A stretch of DNA of 64,000 nucleotides. Origin: Elusimicrobia bacterium CG1_02_56_21. Its GTDB lineage: Bacteria > Elusimicrobiota > Elusimicrobia > Elusimicrobiales > UBA9959. The stretch covers positions 22,060-86,059 of the forward strand of contig MNUR01000085.1 of NCBI GenBank assembly GCA_001871115.1, in the 5' to 3' direction. The translations under genes and the position numbers were made by a program. Positions within the stretch are counted from its first letter, which is position 1. Each line of letters starts with the position of its first letter. Below are positions 43,783 through 52,090 of the stretch, piece after piece. The notes under the pieces are model-generated. The model was not told the DNA's origin and did not search any database. It saw only the letters and a program-made list of their open reading frames with translations.

Positions 43783-43996
43783 TTTTCCTCCTGAGGATCT
43801 AGAACAGATAAAACAATACTTATTTAGAAATGGTTGCAGGCTGGCGGACTGCCCACGGACTTGCAAGCATTACTCTGATTATACAGTTTTTTTTGAGGTT
43901 ATGCCAAAGAGCCGGACCCGGCCGCTATAGGACCGGGTTCCAGAGCGCTGCCGGGTTAAAAAAGCTTATTGAATAAGGGAAAGCCGAAATTCGGGA

Positions 43997-45319
43997 TTAA
44001 GGGTTTTCGGAGGGAGCCTTGTCGCGGCCCCATCTGCCGGGGGAAACCCCGGTTTTAAGGTTTCCGGACTGGACTGCGGCTTTATCCCCGCTTATCCCGG
44101 CAGAATGCGGCTCAGTATCAGCCTGCAGCCGGCCGGTCAAGATAGGAACGGCTATTTTAAGTATTAAGGTGTAAATAAAGAAACCAAGGGCCCAGATTCC
44201 CGCGCAGATCAGGATTTCGTTATAGGTAGGCAGATATTCGACTATCTCGCCCAGGGGATTGGGAATAAAAGCCGGGATTATAAAACCCATCCCTTTCTCT
44301 ATCCAGACCCCTATTATAGCCAGGACGCAGGCAGCGTTGAGCCATTTAAGTTTGCGGGAAGCCGGCAGCATCAAAAGCAGGAAAGCGGTCACGTTCATCC
44401 CCAGCGCGGTCCAGATCCAGGGAACCAGCGCGCTATGTCCGTGCAGGCCGAACAGGAGATATTTAATATGCGCCACATGCTGGGTCTGCATGTAAAACTC
44501 TTTAAAGACTTCGCTGAGAAAAAGAAAAATATTTATCGCCATCGCTACCTGTACCACGTCCCTCAGCCGCAGCACCGCCCCGTCCAGGATATTATAGGAA
44601 GTATAGCGCCGCACCAGCTGGAGAATGAGAATAAGGAAGGCGGGTCCCGCCGTGAAAGCCGAGGCCAGGAAACGCGGCGCGATAATGGAAGAATGCCAGA
44701 AAGGACGCCCGGCCAGGCCCTGGTAGAGAAAAGCCGTAACGGTATGAATGCTTACGGCCCAGACTATTGAAAGCAGGACAAAAGGGATATAGAGGAGCTT
44801 GAGCGGCTCCCGCTTTAAAAAACGCATATAAAGCAGGTACCCGGCGACATAAGCGTTAAGGAAAAGATAACCGTTTAAGACTATAACATCCCAGGTAAGC
44901 AGGGAGCTGGGCCAGTTAAAATTTCCCAGCGGCGGCGGCAGCATATGCCAGACCCTTTCCGGGCGCCCCAGGTCCACGGTTACGAACAGCATGGCCATTA
45001 TAAGCGTGGCAACGGCCAGGATCTCGCCGAAAACCACCACATCGTGCATATGATGGTCGTGATAGATATAAACCGGGATAACCATCATTACCGCCGCGGC
45101 GGCCATGCCCACCAGGAAGGTGAAATTGGCAATATAAAGGCCCCAGGAGACATGATCCGACATCCCCGTGGTCCCGAGACCGTGCACGAACTGCACGCAA
45201 TAAGCGTTGATCCCGGCCAGGGTAATAAGCGCAAGGGCCGACATCCAGGCGTAATAGCGCCAGTCGCCGTTCAGGACTTCCCCTGCGGAAAGCCGGAAAA
45301 ATCTGAGAAGATTAGACAT
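43997..45319 (-). CDS. NrfD/PsrC-family integral membrane quinol-interacting subunit
   Basis: About 10 TM helices with a NrfD-like N-terminus (WGLYIANFTFLVGMAAAAVMMVIP). The ATG at 45319 overlaps the FeS gene end by 8 nt. Confidence 0.8.
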   Translation of the reverse strand: MSNLLRFFRLSAGEVLNGDWRYYAWMSALALITLAGINAYCVQFVHGLGTTGMSDHVSWGLYIANFTFLVGMAAAAVMMVIPVYIYHDHHMHDVVVFGEILAVATLIMAMLFVTVDLGRPERVWHMLPPPLGNFNWPSSLLTWDVIVLNGYLFLNAYVAGYLLYMRFLKREPLKLLYIPFVLLSIVWAVSIHTVTAFLYQGLAGRPFWHSSIIAPRFLASAFTAGPAFLILILQLVRRYTSYNILDGAVLRLRDVVQVAMAINIFLFLSEVFKEFYMQTQHVAHIKYLLFGLHGHSALVPWIWTALGMNVTAFLLLMLPASRKLKWLNAACVLAIIGVWIEKGMGFIIPAFIPNPLGEIVEYLPTYNEILICAGIWALGFFIYTLILKIAVPILTGRLQADTEPHSAGISGDKAAVQSGNLKTGVSPGRWGRDKAPSENP

Positions 45320-46265
45320 CGGTGTAATAATAGAACCTGGGCACCGTGCCAAGTTCTTCCTTAAAGATATATACGCGCTTGTCGCGGATAATGCTGGAGA
45401 TCTCGCTGTCAGGGTCCAGCATATTCCCGAATTTCCGCGAGCCCGTGGGGCAAACTTCCAGGCAGGCCGGGTATTTCCCCGCCCGCGTCCGCTGCAGGCA
45501 GAAAGTGCATTTCTCCATTGTGCCTTTAGGCCTGGGCCGGTTGGAGAGATAATCTATCTTCGGATTAAAATCTTTTTCAGGCAGATAGGGCTCTTTGAAA
45601 TTAAAACGCCTGGCATGGTAGGGACAGGCGGCCTCGCAGTAGCGGCAGCCGATGCACCAGTTATAATCCACCACCACTATCCCGTCGGGCTCCCTCCAGG
45701 TGGCTTTAACCGGGCAGACCTTGGTGCAGGGCGATGTTTCACAATGATGGCACTGCACCGGCATGTAGTAATGGCCCTCTTTAGGGACCTGGCCCTCGTA
45801 ATCGATGCTGGATTTCTCCACATCGATATTCCCCTTCTCCATCTGCAGCACGCTTATATATTGTATCTGGGGGTCCCGGGACTGGTTATTTTCTTTCATG
45901 CAGGCGTAAACGCATTTCCGGCAGCCCACGCAGCGCCCGATATTAAGGGCGTAAGCGTACTGCACCCCGTCCATAGGCGGAAGGGCGGTCAGTTGCGGGG
46001 CGGCCCCGTATTTTTCCTGCAGCTGAGAGGCTATCCTTTCAAGGACCTCTTTCTTCTGGCCGGGAGTAAGCTCGGTAAAATGTTTTTGCAGCATCTCTCG
46101 CAAAGGAGGGAATCCGCCAAAATCCCTCAGGGGAGAGAGCGCGGCCGCCGCGGCTGCGGCGGCGCCGGCGGCAGCCACGGCGAGGAACTGCCTGCGGGTA
46201 ACGCCGGAGCCATAGGGCTTGGGATGGGAAAAGGGGGCTCCTTGCGGATCTTTTTCTTCGGCCAT
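45312..46265 (-). CDS. Tat-exported 4x[4Fe-4S] ferredoxin subunit (NrfC/PsrB/DmsB-like)
   Basis: Twin-arginine signal VTRRQFLAVAAAGAAAAAAAA. Cys clusters CVGCRKCVYAC, CHHCETSPCTKVCP, CIGCRYCEAACP, CTFC...CLEVCP. TAATG overlap at 46265. Confidence 0.85.
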   Translation of the reverse strand: MAEEKDPQGAPFSHPKPYGSGVTRRQFLAVAAAGAAAAAAAALSPLRDFGGFPPLREMLQKHFTELTPGQKKEVLERIASQLQEKYGAAPQLTALPPMDGVQYAYALNIGRCVGCRKCVYACMKENNQSRDPQIQYISVLQMEKGNIDVEKSSIDYEGQVPKEGHYYMPVQCHHCETSPCTKVCPVKATWREPDGIVVVDYNWCIGCRYCEAACPYHARRFNFKEPYLPEKDFNPKIDYLSNRPRPKGTMEKCTFCLQRTRAGKYPACLEVCPTGSRKFGNMLDPDSEISSIIRDKRVYIFKEELGTVPRFYYYTDV

Positions 46266-46873
46266 TAATGAGTCTCTCCCGGAGTATTGTGTTTTAACGG
46301 GGCCGGAGCGGCCTTCATCGGCTTGAAAGCCGGGGAGTGGGGGTCGTGGCAGGCAATGCAGACCAGGTTCTTTTGCTCGCCAGCGGTTTTGTCCCAGTAA
46401 CCATTGCGGCGCCCATGGGTCCCTCTCTGCCAGTCCCTGTACGTGGGGCCGTGGCATTTAGCGCAAAGCGTTTCCACTTTGGAAAAAGGTATCTGCCCGC
46501 CGCCATTGGCCGCAAAAAAATCCCGCTTGCCGTTATTATGGCAGTTGAAGCAGCGGTTGTTCGAACCGTGCTTTAAAACCACCTTATTATGTATTTCGGG
46601 GGCTGTCCTGGGGTCCTGGTCGGTGGGGTCCGAGTGGCAGTCTCCGCAGGCCATGCCCATGGTCCCGAGTTTTTTTCCTACTGTCCTGACGGGGGAAATA
46701 TCGTAATACTCGGGCTTCATTACAAAAGCGCGGGGGCCCTGCTCAGAGGTGTGCCTGTTGGTATAGAAGAACCAGGCTGCCGCAACGCAAGCCGCGCCTA
46801 CCGCTATAAGCAGCAGCGTGGGGATTTCCGTATTACGGAAAGCGTCGGTTTTTTTCCAGTCTTGCTCTGACAT
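46265..46873 (-). CDS. Membrane-anchored tetrahaem c-type cytochrome
   Basis: N-terminal TM IPTLLLIAVGAACVAAAWFFY. CGDCH, CFNCH, CAKCH, CIACH. Confidence 0.8.
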   Translation of the reverse strand: MSEQDWKKTDAFRNTEIPTLLLIAVGAACVAAAWFFYTNRHTSEQGPRAFVMKPEYYDISPVRTVGKKLGTMGMACGDCHSDPTDQDPRTAPEIHNKVVLKHGSNNRCFNCHNNGKRDFFAANGGGQIPFSKVETLCAKCHGPTYRDWQRGTHGRRNGYWDKTAGEQKNLVCIACHDPHSPAFKPMKAAPAPLKHNTPGETH

Positions 46874-46949
46874 TTTTAAACAAATCTAAACGCTCCGGAT
46901 AACCGGAATTCAAGCGCAAAGAGAAAACAAAGGCTGCGCTCTTCCCGGT

Positions 46950-47291
46950 TCAGGGCTTTTGCGCAGCGCCGGGAGTTTTTACAAATTTAACCAGTTCCGC
47001 TATCTGCTTGTCGCTCAGCTTATTTTTAAAGGCGGGCATTTTCCCTTTCCCGTCATGAATCGCCTTTGCTAGGTCAGCGTCAGCCTTTGCCTGTACTTCC
47101 TCGCTGGTAAGGTCCATCTCCGAGGGAGCTACTTTAAAGACTTTAGTCATTGCAGGGACGCCTTTTGCGTCTTTGCCGTGGCAGGAAACGCAAAGGCTTT
47201 TATAATTCCGGGAGGCTTCAGCGGCAAAAGACGGCATAGCCTGCCCGCAAAGCAGCAGAATTCCCGAGATCGCGGCCGTTCTTTTTATCAT
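46950..47291 (-). CDS. Monohaem class I c-type cytochrome
   Basis: Signal peptide, CVSCHGKDAKG and a distal Met in GKMPAF. Confidence 0.85.
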   Translation of the reverse strand: MIKRTAAISGILLLCGQAMPSFAAEASRNYKSLCVSCHGKDAKGVPAMTKVFKVAPSEMDLTSEEVQAKADADLAKAIHDGKGKMPAFKNKLSDKQIAELVKFVKTPGAAQKP

Positions 47292-47439
47292 GATGTTTTT
47301 CTTGCCGACTATTTAAAGCGTAAAGCCCTGCTGTCCGGTCAGGCAGATATCAGCAGGTTCCGGAACATTTTTAAATTATACAATTTCATCCCCTCCAGGT
47401 AAAGAGAACTTCGATATAATCACTACTAATATTCTGCTA

Positions 47440-48195
47440 TTACGCCGCATTCTCGCCCAGCGGAGGGCGCTGACCGCCTTTGCCGGCAAACCTTGATATC
47501 CAGATGCTCAGCTCGTAAAGGACCAGCATAGGCGCCGTAAAAAGAAGCATGTTAAAAATATCGGAGGTAGGGGTGATAACGGCCGCAACTATAAGTATCG
47601 CTACTATCGCGTAACGGTATTTGCTTCTCAGCAGGCGGTGGTCGATGATCCCCAGCCTTGTAAGTATATAGCTTAGAACCGGCATTTCAAAAACGAGGCC
47701 GCAGCCCATAACGGTCCAGGTGACGAAAGAAATATAGTTCTGGGCCGAGATTAGCGGCTGAAGCTCTTCTCCCGCAAAGCCGATAAGGAAAGCGATAGCC
47801 GGAGGGATCAGGATAAAATAAGAGAACAGGACTCCGAGCGAAAAAGAGAGCATTACCCCCCCCACAAAGACAAAAACATTGCTTTTCAGTTTCGAACCGG
47901 CGGCCGGCTCTATGAATTTCCAGGCCTGGAACAGCAGAAAAGGCATGGACAGTATCAGGGCGGAGATAAATGAAATATTAAGGTAGACCGCCAGGGCTTC
48001 GGTAGGCGAAAAGAAGACCAGCTTGTCCACTACCCCTGAGATAGGCTGCTTTATGACCTTAAACAGCAGCGAGGAATAATTGAAGGACAAGCCGAAAGCG
48101 CAGGCGAAAAAAGCGAGCGAATACAGCAGCCTGCGTCTTAATTCATCCAGGTGGGACGGTAAAGGAAGTACGGGGTCCATGAGGAGTAAAGACAA
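47440..48195 (-). CDS. tatC: Twin-arginine translocase subunit TatC
   Basis: HLDELRRRLLYSLAFFA..., six TM helices, typical TatC layout. Confidence 0.9.
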   Translation of the reverse strand: MSLLLMDPVLPLPSHLDELRRRLLYSLAFFACAFGLSFNYSSLLFKVIKQPISGVVDKLVFFSPTEALAVYLNISFISALILSMPFLLFQAWKFIEPAAGSKLKSNVFVFVGGVMLSFSLGVLFSYFILIPPAIAFLIGFAGEELQPLISAQNYISFVTWTVMGCGLVFEMPVLSYILTRLGIIDHRLLRSKYRYAIVAILIVAAVITPTSDIFNMLLFTAPMLVLYELSIWISRFAGKGGQRPPLGENAA

Positions 48196-48246
48196 AAAAA
48201 CCGGGGCGGAAGCTTTAGCCTGGCCTTTATCTATACCTGCTTTAAA

Positions 48247-48432
48247 TTATTTCAGCAGTTTTTCGTCAGCCGGGGATTTCTCTTCCGTGGTTTCCCTCAT
48301 GCCTTTTTTGAATTCTTTTATGGTCGTGGCTACGGACTTGCCCAGCTCGGGAAGCTTGTTGGCGCCGAAAAGAAGAACGCAGATAAACACTATAAAAAGC
48401 ATTTCCGGCGTATCCATTCCTAATATTCTCAT
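48247..48432 (-). CDS. tatA: Twin-arginine translocase subunit TatA/E
   Basis: LFIVFICVLLFGANKLPELGKSVATTIKEFKKG. Confidence 0.85.
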   Translation of the reverse strand: MRILGMDTPEMLFIVFICVLLFGANKLPELGKSVATTIKEFKKGMRETTEEKSPADEKLLK

Positions 48433-48474
48433 AATAACCTCCGGCCACTAAAAACTGTCATCTAACTCCCTATA

Positions 48475-49938
48475 TTATACCTCTTTCCGCAGGGCTAATG
48501 AGCGGCGCCTTATCTCCAGCGCGATACCCCGGAAGATCAGGACATGGGCCGGGTAAAGGGAGTACCAGTAAAGATTGCCGAACAGGCCGAAAGGCTCAAA
48601 ATACGCGGTGATGCGGAAGATAGAAGCCCCCCGCACATCCGGGACCGCCTCAAACTGCAGCCAGCCCTTGCCCGGCAGCCGCATCTCGGCGCGGAGCAGC
48701 AGCATTCGCCCCTCTATAACCCGCTCTACGCGCCAAAAATCCAGAACCTCTCCCTGGCGCACGCTGTCCGGGTTGCGGCGCCCGAGGCGCATCCCTATGC
48801 CGCCTATCAGCCTGTCCTGCAGCGCTTTCAGCGCCCAGAGCCACTGGGCATAGAACCAGCCCCGCTCTCCGCCTATACCGGAGAAAACCTTAAAGACGGT
48901 CTCGGCGGGCGCTTCTACTGACAGAACATGGGCGTGGCGGATAAGACCTTCCCTGTCCTCAAAAGTATAAGACTTGGCGTAGGAAGGCGTAAAAGCGGCT
49001 GTCCAGGAAGTTTCAACTTTATGCTCGCTCAGGCGTATCAGCGCGTATTTCACGGCCGTATCATAGTCCAGCGGCTTTATCCCGGGGAAAAATTCCTCCG
49101 CCTCTTTCCCGCTGCAGGTAACCTCGCAGAGCAGGCTTTCTATAAGGGGGCGGGCAAAAACTCTGGGTACCGGGGTTATCAAACCCACTATCGCGCTGCC
49201 GAATCCTATATTTCCGTAGCGCAGGTCTATAAACCGGCGCTTCAGGCCCCTGATATCGGCGTAAATGCGCAGCAGGTCCTCGTAGGGATGCGAGGTAGCC
49301 CCGCCTATCTCTATTATACGCCCGGCGGTTTCTGGTTTTTCAAGAGAGGTTACAAGGTAATTCAGGGCGTCCCGTACCGCTATCGGCTGGCAGCGGGCCT
49401 TGAGCAGCCGGCTGGTGGGAATTACCGGCAGGCGCTCTACCAGGTAGCGGATCATCTCAAAAGAGATGCTGCCGGAACCTACTATTATAGCGGCCCGAAA
49501 TTCGGTTACCGGGGTACCCAGGGATTTAAGTATCTCTCCCACGCGGTGACGGGAGTTCAGGTGCTTTGAAAGCCCGGGGCCTTCTTTGCCCATCCCCCCC
49601 AGATAGATTATCCTGCCGCAGCCCGCCGCGGCCGCGGCTTTGGCGAAATTCAAAGCGGAGGCGGCCTCCATTTTCTCAAAACCGGGCACGTCGGCCATGG
49701 AGTGCACAAGGTAATAGGCGGCGTCTATCCCGGCCAGGGCTTTGTCCAGGCCTTCGTTCTTATAAACATCGCCCTTGATTATCTCTACGCTGCCTGCCCA
49801 GGGGCGCCCGTCCAAGTGCTCCGGGTTCCGCGCCAGGCAGCGCACGAAATAACCTTTAGCAATAAGGCGCGGAATAAGCCGGCCGCCTATATACCCGGTG
49901 GGGCCGGTAACCAGAATTTTTTTATTTGTTCGGTCCAT
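48475..49938 (-). CDS. NAD(P)-binding (NmrA/SDR-like) protein fused to a DUF2867-like C-terminal domain
   Basis: KILVTGPTGYIGGRLIPRL Rossmann motif. The C-terminal half resembles DUF2867. Confidence 0.65.
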   Translation of the reverse strand: MDRTNKKILVTGPTGYIGGRLIPRLIAKGYFVRCLARNPEHLDGRPWAGSVEIIKGDVYKNEGLDKALAGIDAAYYLVHSMADVPGFEKMEAASALNFAKAAAAAGCGRIIYLGGMGKEGPGLSKHLNSRHRVGEILKSLGTPVTEFRAAIIVGSGSISFEMIRYLVERLPVIPTSRLLKARCQPIAVRDALNYLVTSLEKPETAGRIIEIGGATSHPYEDLLRIYADIRGLKRRFIDLRYGNIGFGSAIVGLITPVPRVFARPLIESLLCEVTCSGKEAEEFFPGIKPLDYDTAVKYALIRLSEHKVETSWTAAFTPSYAKSYTFEDREGLIRHAHVLSVEAPAETVFKVFSGIGGERGWFYAQWLWALKALQDRLIGGIGMRLGRRNPDSVRQGEVLDFWRVERVIEGRMLLLRAEMRLPGKGWLQFEAVPDVRGASIFRITAYFEPFGLFGNLYWYSLYPAHVLIFRGIALEIRRRSLALRKEV

Positions 49939-49954
49939 GGCGGAGGCAGGACGA

Positions 49955-51460
49955 CTAGACCGGCAGAATTGAACGCTCTTTGGCCCAGTTGCGCAGAAAA
50001 TCCACGGCCTCCGCTTTTATAACGGAGAGAGGGCGGGTAAGTTTCAGCTGCTCGAGAACATGTTTAGCGGAGATCTTTTCATTTGCGCCGGAGGCGCTGT
50101 ACAGGGCCGAGATAACGGCCTGCTCTATCTCGGCGCCGCTGAACCCGGCGCAGTTTTGCGCAAGACCGGGCACGTCGAATAATTCAGGGTCCAGGCCGCG
50201 CTTTTTAAGATGGATCTTCAGTATGGCCTCGCGCACCGGGGCCTCAGGCAGATCGGCAAAGAATATTTCATCAAAACGGCCCTTTCTCAGAAGCTCGGGC
50301 GGCAGGTTATTTATATCGTTGGAAGTAGCCGCGATAAAAGAGCGGTCTTTGCGCTCCTGCATCCAGGTGAGCATGGTCCCCAGGACGCGCTTGGACACGC
50401 CGCCGTCTATCTCCCCCGAAGAGGAAGCGAAGATCTTTTCTATCTCGTCTATCCACAGGCAGACCGGGGCCAGGCGCTCCACAGTGGCCAGCGCTTTGCG
50501 CAGGTTTTCTTCGGTTTCGCCGATATATTTGGAATAAAGCCGGTTCAGGTCCAGGCGGTAAAGCGGGATGCCGAGCTCGCCGGCTATAACCTTGGCGGCC
50601 AGCGACTTGCCGCAGCCCTGCACTCCCAGCAGCAGCAGGCCCTTGGGCGGAGGGAGAGGGCCTTCGCTGAAGAAAGAATTCCTGCGGTCTTTTACCCAGC
50701 GCTTAAGGCTGCCGAAGCCCGCTATAGCGGCATTATGCTCGGAGCCGAAATACTCAAGTATCCCGTCCTGGTCGAAAGCTTCTTTCTTGAATTTCTCCAG
50801 CTCGGAAATATCGCTGGCGTCAAAACAGCTGTCTTTTAACAGGCAGAGGTTTATCGCGTTCCTGACCTGCTGCAGGGAAAGGCCCTTCAGCGTTTTAATA
50901 ACGCGCTTCAAAGACTCGGGCGGCATATTGATAACCAGATGCGCCGAAGTCGTCTTGAAATCGGAAATCATCTTATTCACCTCGGACATTATCTGCTTCT
51001 CGTCCGGGTAGCCGCCGGAGATACGCGCGGCCAGCGGGGCTATGTCGGGCGGCAGTTTAACCTCGGTCCCCACCAGGACCACGGTGGTAGGGGTCCCCTT
51101 TATACGGTTGAGCATGTCCTTGAAAAGCCTGGCCGCCGCTGCGTCATTGAGGAAGCGGTCCAGGTCCGAAAAAGCGAAGACAGCGCTGTGCGGGTCTTTT
51201 ATCAGGTCATTGGCGATGCGCAGCATCGCGGCGGGATCCCCGGTTTTATAAAAGGAATTTTCATTCTTGCCTATGCGCAGCCCCTTGGTGAGCGACCAGG
51301 TATAAAAGGTGAGGGACTGCGCCTGCGCCACGCTATGAAGCTGCCCCAGGATATAGTTCTCGTCTATAGCGTCCACCAGCACAAGGGGATAGCGGGATTT
51401 GATAAGGAGTGATATTTCTTCTTCGAAATTCATAAGGCGGCGCAGGGACCGGCTAAGCAA
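49955..51460 (-). CDS. Stand-alone AAA+ ATPase (classic clade) with an uncharacterised N-terminal domain
   Basis: Walker A GVQGCGKSLAAK, Walker B LWIDEIEK, second region of homology SNDINNLPPELLRKGRFDEI. Confidence 0.85.
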   Translation of the reverse strand: MLSRSLRRLMNFEEEISLLIKSRYPLVLVDAIDENYILGQLHSVAQAQSLTFYTWSLTKGLRIGKNENSFYKTGDPAAMLRIANDLIKDPHSAVFAFSDLDRFLNDAAAARLFKDMLNRIKGTPTTVVLVGTEVKLPPDIAPLAARISGGYPDEKQIMSEVNKMISDFKTTSAHLVINMPPESLKRVIKTLKGLSLQQVRNAINLCLLKDSCFDASDISELEKFKKEAFDQDGILEYFGSEHNAAIAGFGSLKRWVKDRRNSFFSEGPLPPPKGLLLLGVQGCGKSLAAKVIAGELGIPLYRLDLNRLYSKYIGETEENLRKALATVERLAPVCLWIDEIEKIFASSSGEIDGGVSKRVLGTMLTWMQERKDRSFIAATSNDINNLPPELLRKGRFDEIFFADLPEAPVREAILKIHLKKRGLDPELFDVPGLAQNCAGFSGAEIEQAVISALYSASGANEKISAKHVLEQLKLTRPLSVIKAEAVDFLRNWAKERSILPV

Positions 51461-51779
51461 AACCCTGCCGGAGCCCGACGCTTACGCAGCGCGGAGGGCG
51501 AGGCTGGGAAGGGCGGGCACGGTGTGCGGGTGGCCGCAGGCCACTGCAGTGACCCTGTTTTTGCGTTCCGGTCCCCACGCCGCCCCGGCACCGAATAAGA
51601 ACAGACTAACCCTACAAGAGTCGGATTGATCGCGCCCGGCAGTCGGTCACAGGCTCCCGGACCTCCGTCGCTCACCGGGACCTTCGACCCCGGCTCCGCG
51701 TGCTCGCTCCGCCGGTCCGCCTTTCGATTCCTGCCGCGGGACATAATTATGTCCCGCTCCGGGTTCCTTAGAACAGAAA

Positions 51780-51854
51780 TGGTGCGCCCGGCAGGAATCG
51801 AACCTGCACTAGAAGCTTCGGAGGCTCCTGTGATATCCATTTCACCACGGGCGC
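51780..51854 (-). tRNA. tRNA-Arg (anticodon CCG) with encoded CCA
   Basis: The reverse complement folds as GCGCCCG-TG-GTGA..ATCAC-A-GGAGC-CTCCGAA-GCTTC-TAGT-GCAGG-TTCGATT-CCTGC-CGGGCGC-A-CCA. The acceptor stem is 7 bp and the anticodon loop is CT-CCG-AA. Confidence 0.9.
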
Positions 51855-52090
51855 GCTTGTCGCACCCCGCATACGCGGGGCGGATTAACCGCCGGCCCTC
51901 TAAAGGAATCCGGCCGGTGCTCTACAGGGGGGCTAAGCTCCCCTTTGTCGCTCGCTTTTCACGCCATTAAAGACGTAACCGCTCGCTGAACCCCTCTTAA
52001 GAGGTCCCCGCGCTCGCTAAAGAAGGTAAAGCGCGGGCTTATCTTAAAATACAGCACAAAACTTATTTTACCTTATTTCCGCCGTACACA

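Noticed and set aside
51430-51840. 136-codon minus-strand ORF spanning the region downstream of the tRNA
   Set aside because: It overlaps the tRNA-Arg gene and the AAA+ gene start, has low-complexity composition, and no ribosome-binding site.
49955-51854. tRNA-adjacent integrated mobile element, suggested by the partial tRNA copy and the orphan ATPase
   Set aside because: The partial tRNA copy is inverted rather than direct and is only 14 bp long. No integrase, excisionase or phage/ICE gene is present.
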